NCBI GenBank assembly: GCA_964496095.1 | Contig: CAZBWU010000004.1 | Location: 21,366-85,365, forward strand | From: an uncultured Gammaproteobacteria bacterium | Lineage (GTDB): Bacteria > Patescibacteriota > Patescibacteriia > Magasanikbacterales > GWA2-37-8 | Reading direction: 5' to 3' | DNA: 64,000 nt | Shown: positions 10,182 through 17,111 of the stretch, one piece after another | How the letters are laid out: every line of letters begins with the position of its first letter | Position numbering within the stretch: the stretch's first letter is position 1 | Translations under genes and position numbers: made by a program | The notes under the pieces: generated by a model | Database searches by the model: none | What the model saw: only the letters and a program-made list of their open reading frames with translations | What the model was told of the DNA's origin: nothing

Positions 10182-10973
10182 ATGAAGGGTTTAAGAAAGA
10201 AAAATATTTTAGTTAGTTTGTTATTACTATTTGTGGTATTTGTATTTATACCTACTAACGAAGCTTTAGCCGCAAAATGGGGTTGTTTAGACCCGAGCGG
10301 GGAGTGTATAGAAATAGAATCGGAAGATAGTACGAAAGCCGCTTTTGGTTGTAATGAAAAATGTGGTCAAGATTGCGCAATGTCTCGTAGATTAGGGGGC
10401 TGTCCTGTATTTGGTTGTATTCAAAAAAGAAGATGTGAGGATAAACCAGCTGCTTTTTATGGTGATTATTCTAGAAAAAGTTGTCCGGATAGGCCCCTTG
10501 CTTTTCCTTGTCCGTCACCAAGAGATTGGGGTTGTTTTGAAGCTGAAAAATGCCATAATGTTGTAGCTAAGATTTATGAAGAGGCACAGGATTTATGTCC
10601 CAACGGTAAAGCTACCCAAGATTCTTGTGGAGACGAAATGTCACTATCGAGCACTCTTAAAGAAAAGTACGGGCCCTTGGCAGGTACTAGTTTGATAGAT
10701 CTGCAAAAAAAAGCTGCTAAACAGTTAAACCCGGGGAATATTAGTGAACCAAAAAAACTTATTTCTCGCGCCATTAATTTAATGACCGCCTTTATCGGTT
10801 CTATTGCCTTGCTTTTGTATGTAGTGGCTGGATTTTTGTGGATGACGGCTAGTGGCGCTAGTGAGCAAGTGGATAAAGCTAAAAAAATATTGGTTTGGAC
10901 TACTTTAGGTGTGCTGGTCATGTTGTTTAGTTATATCTTAACAAATACATTTTTTGAACTTATTCCAAAGTAG
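10182..10973 (+). CDS. VirB2/TrbC-like pilin-family protein with large Cys-rich N-terminal ectodomain (array member 2). The track ORF 10155.. starts with GTG; the ATG at about 10182 (MKGLRKK) gives a clean signal peptide.
   Basis: C-terminal core LLLYVVAGFLWMTASGASEQVDKAKKILVWTTLGVLVMLFSYIL; about 16 Cys in the ectodomain. Confidence 0.55.
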   Translation: MKGLRKKNILVSLLLLFVVFVFIPTNEALAAKWGCLDPSGECIEIESEDSTKAAFGCNEKCGQDCAMSRRLGGCPVFGCIQKRRCEDKPAAFYGDYSRKSCPDRPLAFPCPSPRDWGCFEAEKCHNVVAKIYEEAQDLCPNGKATQDSCGDEMSLSSTLKEKYGPLAGTSLIDLQKKAAKQLNPGNISEPKKLISRAINLMTAFIGSIALLLYVVAGFLWMTASGASEQVDKAKKILVWTTLGVLVMLFSYILTNTFFELIPK

Positions 10974-10987
10974 GAAGATAAGCAAGT

Positions 10988-11488
10988 ATGAAAAAAATAT
11001 TTTTAGTATCTATTTTAGCTCTGACTTTTATTTTTAGTATGACGACGAGTCAAGTAAATGCGCAAACTGGTACACATCAATCCCTCGCGTTTATTGGTGA
11101 TTTTATTGATCAGGCAGGTGAGTTGCTTATTGATCAATTGCCTACACCAGATTCGTCACTACAACCTTCAACTACAGGCGATGGTAATCAATCCGGCTGC
11201 ACCTTTAACGGCCAAGGGGAAGAAAAATGCCAATTAGAAAATCCGATTGGAGCAACAGAAGTACCTGCTTTAATTAAACAAGTTATTACAGTCGCCTTGG
11301 GGGTTATAGGGTCTTTTACCTTGTTAATGCTAGTTTGGGGAGGCTTACAATGGCTAACTTCGGCAGGCAATCCTGAAAAAGTCAGCGCTGGTACTCAGAC
11401 AATGGTTTGGGCAGTAATTGGTGTTATGGTTGTGTTTGCCAGTTATGTATTATTATCCACTTTCTTGAATATTTTTGTTGGTGGATAA
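10988..11488 (+). CDS. VirB2/TrbC-like pilin-family protein (array member 3)
   Basis: Signal peptide (…SQVNA), Cys pair in ectodomain, core LMLVWGGLQWLTSAGNPEKVSAGTQTMVWAVIGVMVVF. Confidence 0.55.
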   Translation: MKKIFLVSILALTFIFSMTTSQVNAQTGTHQSLAFIGDFIDQAGELLIDQLPTPDSSLQPSTTGDGNQSGCTFNGQGEEKCQLENPIGATEVPALIKQVITVALGVIGSFTLLMLVWGGLQWLTSAGNPEKVSAGTQTMVWAVIGVMVVFASYVLLSTFLNIFVGG

Positions 11489-11587
11489 ATTGGGAAATGA
11501 TAAAAAATATGGTATAATATTTGAAGTTAAATATTTTAGATTTCCTAGTTTGAAACGTATGATTTTATATAGAAAGGGGGTGAAAAT

Positions 11588-11977
11588 ATGATGAAATTGA
11601 AAAAAATATTTGCTATTTTTGCTATGGCTTTAGTGATGGTATCTGCAACTCCAGTATTGGTAAGTGCTGATATTGGATCAGAAGCTGATCCGTTGGGTTT
11701 AAACCCAGTAGCTGCTACTGGTCTTGGTAAAAAAGATATTCGCGTAACAATAGCAAGTATCATTAAAACTGCAATGGGATTACTTGGTATCGTTGCTGTA
11801 GTTATTATCCTTATCGGTGGTTTTAAATGGATGACAGCTGGTGGAAGTGAAGAAGGTGCTGATGAAGGTAAAAAATATATCTTCTCAGGTATTATTGGTT
11901 TGGCCATCATTTTGTCGGCCTACGCTCTCGCTACTTATGTTATCAATAGCTTGATTCAAGCCACAACCGGCGTTTAG
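11588..11977 (+). CDS. VirB2/TrbC-like pilin-family protein (array member 4)
   Basis: Signal peptide, core IILIGGFKWMTAGGSEEGADEGKKYIFSGIIGLAIILSAYAL; RBS GGGGGTG upstream. Confidence 0.55.
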   Translation: MMKLKKIFAIFAMALVMVSATPVLVSADIGSEADPLGLNPVAATGLGKKDIRVTIASIIKTAMGLLGIVAVVIILIGGFKWMTAGGSEEGADEGKKYIFSGIIGLAIILSAYALATYVINSLIQATTGV

Positions 11978-12093
11978 TTCTTTAAACAGAGAATAAGAGG
12001 CGCGTTTGATCTGTTTGCTTTCCTAAGTAAACATTTCCCATGGGAATCAGACGCGCCATCCTCTGTTAAAATATACCTGTCAATTCGACCAAA

Positions 12094-12168
12094 GTGGAGG
12101 AATACCTTAAACATAGTGTTTGCAAAAACCAAGTTTAAGGCATCCCTCGGCTACGCTCGGGATGACAA
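12094..12168 (+). repeat. Dispersed palindromic repeat, family A (copy 1)
   Basis: GTGGAGGAATACCTTAAACATAGTGTTTGCAAAAACCAAGTTTAAGGCATCCCTCGGCTACGCTCGGGATGACAAAC is near-identical to 49595-49672. Confidence 0.6.
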
Positions 12169-12190
12169 ACGTTTTTCAATAAAGTGTATG

Positions 12191-12802
12191 TTTAAAAAAA
12201 CATTTTTGATTTTAGCTTTACTGGGTTTTATAACACCCGTTTTTGTTTTTGCAGATAAGTATGGTATAGACAAAGCTGCTAACGGAACAGACTTGATTCA
12301 AAGCTCTCTGTCTGTGCCTGAATTAATCGGAAGTGTTATTGGGACCGCCCTATCATTTGTCGGTATAATATTTTTCCTTTTGATTTTATATGCTGGTTTT
12401 CTGTGGATGACCGCATTTGGTAATGATGAAAAAGTGACAAGTGCAAAAAGTATTATGGAGCACGCGATTTTGGGTTTGATCATAGTTCTTTCTGCTTATG
12501 CTATTTCTAAATTTGTATTTAGTAATCTGCCAGGTGGTGGTGGGCAAACAACTCCAGCTAGCGCTAAGGGCTGTTGTGTTAATCCAGCAACCGGTGGTCA
12601 GATAGAGAATTTAGAATCGCAGTGTGTTCCTAACGCCCAAAATCCTAGAACATGGAAGGCCGGACCGTGTGTTGTTGGTTGTTGCTATGTAACAGTGCCT
12701 CCCGCAGACTGTGAGCCAAGAGCGATGGGCCAAGCAGAATGTCAATTGTGGGGTAATAGAGGTAGTTGGCAACAGGGGGCTTGTGCAAATTCCTGTCCTT
12801 AA
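12191..12802 (+). CDS. VirB2/TrbC-like pilin-family protein with Cys-rich C-terminal extension (array member 5). The likely start is about 12191 (MFKKTFLILALLGF); the track ORF 12116.. runs through an upstream repeat element.
   Basis: Core LILYAGFLWMTAFGNDEKVTSAKSIMEHAILGLIIVLSAYAI, followed by a C-terminal tail of about 90 aa with about 12 Cys. Confidence 0.5.
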   Translation, partial: FKKTFLILALLGFITPVFVFADKYGIDKAANGTDLIQSSLSVPELIGSVIGTALSFVGIIFFLLILYAGFLWMTAFGNDEKVTSAKSIMEHAILGLIIVLSAYAISKFVFSNLPGGGGQTTPASAKGCCVNPATGGQIENLESQCVPNAQNPRTWKAGPCVVGCCYVTVPPADCEPRAMGQAECQLWGNRGSWQQGACANSCP

Positions 12803-12823
12803 TTTTAAATAAGTTGATGTATT

Positions 12824-13198
12824 ATGAAAAAAATAATCATACCTGTGATAATAATTGGTATATTTTCATTAGTAGTTTTTGCCTCAGCCCAGGGTTTGCA
12901 AGGCGCTAGCGGAATGTTGGAAAAAGTTGGTGGTGCAAATGGTGAGAATATCGGTGTAACAGGGGATCTGCCTACAGCTATATCAACAGTAATTAAAGCC
13001 GTTCTATCTTTAGTGGGGACTATATTTTTGGTTTTGACTATCTATGCAGGTATTATGTGGATGACAGCTGCTGGGGATGAAGAAAAAGTTACAAAAGCAA
13101 CCTCAATTATAAGGATGGCAGTGATTGGTTTGGTAATAGTGATGTCTGCTTATGCTATTACTTACTTTGTGACAAGTAAGTTGGGCGCTTTAAAATAA
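12824..13198 (+). CDS. VirB2/TrbC-like pilin-family protein (array member 6)
   Basis: Core TIYAGIMWMTAAGDEEKVTKATSIIRMAVIGLVIVMSAYAI; near-identical core to member 7. Confidence 0.6.
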   Translation: MKKIIIPVIIIGIFSLVVFASAQGLQGASGMLEKVGGANGENIGVTGDLPTAISTVIKAVLSLVGTIFLVLTIYAGIMWMTAAGDEEKVTKATSIIRMAVIGLVIVMSAYAITYFVTSKLGALK

Positions 13199-13245
13199 AA
13201 TTAATATATGGGCTTAAAGCTCGTATAGTCTCATTCGTTTCGATT

Positions 13246-13620
13246 ATGAAAAAATACTTTTTAGCATTTTTGGTAAGTATAAGTTTGTTTGGAGGTTTAG
13301 TTGTGCCTGTTTTAGCTCAAACTGAACCTGATTTGTCTGTTCAGGTTGCTGAAAAAAGCGGTTATGGTCAAAATGGTGCACCTAATATATCTGAAACTGT
13401 TGGTAGAATAATTAGAATAATCTTAGGATTACTCGGTACTATATTTTTAGGCCTGACCGTATACGCAGGCGTGCTGTGGATGACAGCTGCTGGGGATGAA
13501 GAAAAAGTTACAAAAGCAACTGGAATAATAAGAATGGCAGTAATCGGCCTAATTGTTATTTTGGCTTCTTATAGTCTTAGTTATTTTGTTTTGGATAAAA
13601 TTTTTGAAGCCACATTATAA
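13246..13620 (+). CDS. VirB2/TrbC-like pilin-family protein (array member 7)
   Basis: Core TVYAGVLWMTAAGDEEKVTKATGIIRMAVIGLIVILASYSL. Confidence 0.6.
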   Translation: MKKYFLAFLVSISLFGGLVVPVLAQTEPDLSVQVAEKSGYGQNGAPNISETVGRIIRIILGLLGTIFLGLTVYAGVLWMTAAGDEEKVTKATGIIRMAVIGLIVILASYSLSYFVLDKIFEATL

Positions 13621-13625
13621 AATGT

Positions 13626-14105
13626 ATGAATAATCATAAAAACATTTCTCTAAAAATATTTTTAACACTTTTATTTTTTTCTTCTATTTTTTGTTCTCTT
13701 GTTCCCGGTTCAGTTTTGGCTGCCACTTCTTCGATTCGTGAAGATGCTTTTAGCCAGTTAAATTCTGCCGCCGGTACTGGTGGTGCTGATTTTGGTGCGT
13801 ATAAAGACCCTCGCGAAACAGCCGCAAAAATTATTAAGATAGCCCTTGAGTTAGTAGGGACAATTTTTATTGCGTTGGCAGTTTATGCGGGTTTTTTATG
13901 GATGACAGCTGGGGGCGGGGAAGAAAATATTGCAAAAGCTACCGGTATTTTAAGGATGGCAGTTATAGGGTTGATTATTATTTTGACAGCATATGCCCTT
14001 ACCGTTTTTGTTTTTGAGAGTCTTTTAAGAAGCACTTCAGACAATAATAACGTGACTGATATTTGTCCGGAGAACAACCCAGCTGACCCAAATTGCGCAC
14101 TATAA
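13626..14105 (+). CDS. VirB2/TrbC-like pilin-family protein with short Cys-pair C-tail (array member 8)
   Basis: Core AVYAGFLWMTAGGGEENIAKATGILRMAVIGLIIILTAYAL; C-terminal ...CPENNPADPNCAL. Confidence 0.6.
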   Translation: MNNHKNISLKIFLTLLFFSSIFCSLVPGSVLAATSSIREDAFSQLNSAAGTGGADFGAYKDPRETAAKIIKIALELVGTIFIALAVYAGFLWMTAGGGEENIAKATGILRMAVIGLIIILTAYALTVFVFESLLRSTSDNNNVTDICPENNPADPNCAL

Positions 14106-14111
14106 TAGGTC

Positions 14112-15188
14112 TTACTTTTGTGTAAAAATTCTATCCAAAATAATCTTACTTGCATCTGGGTAAGATTTTTTGGTTATGGAGATAAGATTGGCTAAAATAT
14201 TTTGCACTTTTAATGCAACGTCTTTGGCTGAATGAGCCTTGATTCCATAATGATTTAGTTCTAAGAATGTGGTGTTGTAGTCTTCTTGGCCAGGTATTGG
14301 GTTTATAACAATAATTGGCTTTTGCAAGTACATGGCTTCGGTAATTGTGAGCCCCCCAGCTTTACTAATGATTATATCTGAAACCCTCATCCATTCATCT
14401 ATATTATTTGTTCTATCTATAATCAATAAGTTTTCTGGAGTAGGCGTTTTTATTTTTTTTATAAGTTTATTTTTGTCGCCAATAATAATGAGGTTGATTT
14501 TTCTATCTGGATAATTAGAAAAAACCTCGTTTATAATATCTTCTGGTTTTATTTTTGCATGGGCTGTGGGCAGTAGTAAAATTACTGGCCAATTATTTTT
14601 AAGACCAAGTATAATTTTCAATTCACTAATATTTTTGACTTTCAAAAATTCCGGATTAATGGGGATGCCACTGGCAATGGAGTCTATATTTAATTTGGCT
14701 AGACTATTTTGGATTTCTTCAGTGGCTACAAAGGTGTATCTAATTTTGGTAGATAACCAAGTTTTGTGTGGATGATAATCAGTAATAATAGTATCGATAG
14801 GGGTAGGTAAATTTTTTGGAATGATGGTTTGAGCCAGATAATGTGTTGAAATTATAAAATCAGGCTTAAATTCGTATATTTTTTGTATAAATTTTCTACC
14901 ACCGAAGCTAATAAGCGGTGTTAAATTTTTAAATATTTTTTGAATCAGCCAAGTATCTGTAATTTCGTAGATTATTTTATATAAAAATGGTATGTAGTTG
15001 GTAATAAAATCATATGAATAAATAATTCCCGTATACGGAAACCAGCCTAGGTAGCTTGCAATATCCAGATGTAGAACAGTAATATTTGGATAATTTTTTT
15101 CACAACTAAGCCGAAGAGCTTCGGCTGCTCTAACATGTCCTGTTCCAGTCGAGCATGACAAGATTAGTAATTTTTTATTTGGGGTCAT
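14112..15188 (-). CDS. Glycosyltransferase family 28 (MGDG-synthase/MurG-like diacylglycerol or lipid glycosyltransferase)
   Basis: N-terminal LILSCSTGTGHVRAAEAL and C-terminal ISKAGGLTITEAMYLQKPIIVINPIPGQE resemble the GT28 MGDG synthase/UgtP fold. Confidence 0.6.
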   Translation of the reverse strand: MTPNKKLLILSCSTGTGHVRAAEALRLSCEKNYPNITVLHLDIASYLGWFPYTGIIYSYDFITNYIPFLYKIIYEITDTWLIQKIFKNLTPLISFGGRKFIQKIYEFKPDFIISTHYLAQTIIPKNLPTPIDTIITDYHPHKTWLSTKIRYTFVATEEIQNSLAKLNIDSIASGIPINPEFLKVKNISELKIILGLKNNWPVILLLPTAHAKIKPEDIINEVFSNYPDRKINLIIIGDKNKLIKKIKTPTPENLLIIDRTNNIDEWMRVSDIIISKAGGLTITEAMYLQKPIIVINPIPGQEDYNTTFLELNHYGIKAHSAKDVALKVQNILANLISITKKSYPDASKIILDRIFTQK

Positions 15189-15264
15189 AATTCTAGGGAA
15201 GAGTCAAAAAGAAAGCTCGTTTTCTTTTTGTGAAGTCCGACGAATTAAAAGCTTTGTTTCTAAT

Positions 15265-15340
15265 TGGGGTGGCCTACGGGAGTTGAACCCGTGTTGCGAG
15301 ATCCACAATCTCACGTAATAACCGTTATACCAAGGCCACC
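15265..15340 (-). tRNA. tRNA-His (anticodon GTG)
   Basis: Minus-strand sequence GGTGGCC...anticodon loop TTGTGGA...GGGTTCAACTCCCGT...GGCCACC-CCA. Confidence 0.75.
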
Positions 15341-15352
15341 ATATTATTCCTC

Positions 15353-15427
15353 TGGTGTCTCCAGTAGGAATCGAACCTACACATCCAGCTTAGAAGGCTA
15401 GTGTCCTATCCATTAAACGATGGAGAC
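15353..15427 (-). tRNA. tRNA-Arg (anticodon TCT)
   Basis: Minus-strand GTCTCCA...anticodon loop CTTCTAA...GTAGGTTCGATTCCTAC...TGGAGAC-A. Confidence 0.75.
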
Positions 15428-15522
15428 AAAATAAATAAAGCAAAATTATTCTACCTTATTTTTACAGATTAATCAAGGTGTGATAATATATCATCATAAA
15501 TTTGGTATTTAACTAGTTTTGT

Positions 15523-15876
15523 ATGTTTAAAAAGGTGTTTCTTGTTTTCTTGTTTTCTTTAGCAATGTTATGTTCTGTGGCTCCTGTTTTTGCTCAAGAT
15601 TTTGGTTTACAAGCCACAGCTGAGAAAGCTCAGTATGGTGAAACAACCGACATTTATTCAATGATTGGCACAATTTTGCGTTTAGGGCTCTCGGCAATAG
15701 GTATAATTTTTTTAGCCGTGATGTTTTATGCAGGAATGCGTTGGATGACAGCTCGCGGCAATGAAGAATTTGCTACCAAGGCCAAAGAGGCTATGTTTGC
15801 TGCTATGATGGGCTTTTTCTTGGTTGTTGCTGCTTATGGCCTCACCCTCTTTGTTTTTAGTAAGTTGGTAAAATAA
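15523..15876 (+). CDS. VirB2/TrbC-like pilin-family protein (array member 9, separated from the array by the glycosyltransferase and two tRNAs)
   Basis: Signal peptide, core VMFYAGMRWMTARGNEEFATKAKEAMFAAMMGFFLVVAAYGL. Confidence 0.55.
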   Translation: MFKKVFLVFLFSLAMLCSVAPVFAQDFGLQATAEKAQYGETTDIYSMIGTILRLGLSAIGIIFLAVMFYAGMRWMTARGNEEFATKAKEAMFAAMMGFFLVVAAYGLTLFVFSKLVK

Positions 15877-15910
15877 GAACTTATAATCTTGGCCTTTAGG
15901 AAGCAAGGGG

Positions 15911-15939
15911 TTGACATTTTTGCCGTTTTAAACTATAGT
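15911..15939 (+). promoter_or_regulatory. Consensus sigma70 promoter upstream of rpsO
   Basis: TTGACA, 17-nt spacer, TATAGT. About 80 nt of GC-rich leader follows (CCCGTTACCCGGGGGCGGACGGCC), a possible S15 autoregulatory structure. Confidence 0.6.
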
Positions 15940-16023
15940 TATTACGTTATTTATAAATCCCGTTACCCGGGGGCGGACGGCCAAGAAACATACTCATGGC
16001 CAGCTCGTTAACTATAATTTCGT

Positions 16024-16389
16024 ATGTTAGAAAAAAAGAAAAAGTTAGCCATAATCAAAAAGTTCCAGGTCCATAAAGGAGACACAGGTTCCAATGAAGT
16101 GCAGATTGCAATCTTGGCAGCCGAAATCGACGAATTGGCTCAGCACTTAAAAACTCACCCAAAAGACCACTCTTCCCGCAGAGGCTTGCTCCGCAAGGTC
16201 AGTAGTCGCAGAAACTTAATGCGTTACCTTAAAAAAGAAAACCCAAAAAGTTACGAAGATCTCGTTAAAAAATTAAAAATCAAACAAGTCAGAACTATCA
16301 GTAAACTAGACGGAACTTCTGTTGAGGTAGAAGAAGACTTGGGAGAAGATGTAGATTTAATCGGAGATAGTCATGAGTCTGCAAGTTAG
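16024..16389 (+). CDS. rpsO: 30S ribosomal protein S15 (with C-terminal extension)
   Basis: HKGDTGSNEVQIAILAAEIDELAQHLKTHPKDHSSRRGLLRKVSSRRNLMRYL is the S15 signature. Confidence 0.85.
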   Translation: MLEKKKKLAIIKKFQVHKGDTGSNEVQIAILAAEIDELAQHLKTHPKDHSSRRGLLRKVSSRRNLMRYLKKENPKSYEDLVKKLKIKQVRTISKLDGTSVEVEEDLGEDVDLIGDSHESAS

Positions 16390-16978
16390 TAAAAAAAGAA
16401 ATACCCTTAAACACCCCGATCAAAGAGTAGGGGTGTTTATTGATGTTCAGAATATGTACTACAGCGCCAAAAACCTGTTTGGCGCCAAAGTAAATTTTGG
16501 CAATATTGTCAAAGAAGCTACTGCCGGGCGTAAACTCATTCGCGCCATTGCTTATGTGGTCAGCACCGAGAGTAAAGAAGAACAACCATTTTTTGATGCT
16601 CTGTATAATCTTGGTATAGAAACCAAAGATAAGCCTTTACAGATATTTTGGGGTGGTGAGAAGAAAGCTGACTGGGATGTGGGTTTGGCAGTTGACGCTA
16701 TCAGATTTTCTACAAATTTAGATGCGATAGTACTTGTTGGTGGGGATGGTGACTATGTGCCTTTGGTAGAATACTTGCGAGGTCATGGTAAGCAAGTAGA
16801 AGTAATTTCTTTTGGTGGTACCACTTCAGCCAAGTTGATTGATGCAGCGGACGATTTCATTGACCTTGGTCAAGACAAAGCCAAGTTCCTTATTACCGAC
16901 AAAAGATTTGTGCCAGTAAAAAAAGTTTATCCGCCAAAACAAAACGGAGTAAATCATAATTTAAAAGTTAAAATTTAA
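16373..16978 (+). CDS. NYN-domain (LabA/limkain-like PIN-fold) putative RNase; overlaps the rpsO stop
   Basis: VGVFIDVQNMYYSAKNLFGAKVNFGNIVKE...WDVGLAVDAIRFSTNLDAIVLVGGDGDYVPLVEYLRGHGKQVEV matches the NYN/LabA pattern. Confidence 0.7.
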   Translation: MSLQVSKKRNTLKHPDQRVGVFIDVQNMYYSAKNLFGAKVNFGNIVKEATAGRKLIRAIAYVVSTESKEEQPFFDALYNLGIETKDKPLQIFWGGEKKADWDVGLAVDAIRFSTNLDAIVLVGGDGDYVPLVEYLRGHGKQVEVISFGGTTSAKLIDAADDFIDLGQDKAKFLITDKRFVPVKKVYPPKQNGVNHNLKVKI

Positions 16979-17039
16979 TTATTTAAAAGAAGCTGGTTTG
17001 AGGACACATAGACCTTTTTGGTCTGTAGCTCTCAAATCA

Positions 17040-17100
17040 TCTTCGCCACGCTTAGCGTGGTTATTGTCCCGCTTAGCGGGACAGAAAGTACTAAAGTAAT
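17040..17100 (+). promoter_or_regulatory. Structured pnp leader with three consecutive hairpins
   Basis: GCCACGCTTAGCGTGGT, GTCCCGCTTAGCGGGAC and AGTACTAAAGTAATACTTTAGTA palindromes immediately upstream of the pnp ATG. Consistent with an RNase III-processed autoregulatory leader. Confidence 0.45.
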
Positions 17101-17111
17101 ACTTTAGTAAA

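Noticed and set aside
12116-12190. Upstream extension of pilin member 5 (MFAKTKFKASLGYARDDKRF...) and of the FemAB gene (48332-48391)
   Set aside because: Both extensions are translations of the family A and family B repeat elements. Downstream ATGs give proper signal-peptide or FemAB N-termini.
10574-14155. Minus-strand ORFs inside the pilin array (10574-10921, 11188-11370, 11545-11910, 12298-12483, 13883-14155), which share the motifs PPAVIHxKP and NAVIHRKPA
   Set aside because: They are the antisense reading of the conserved WMTA(A/G)G core of the plus-strand paralogs. The shared motif comes from the sense genes and is not independent coding.
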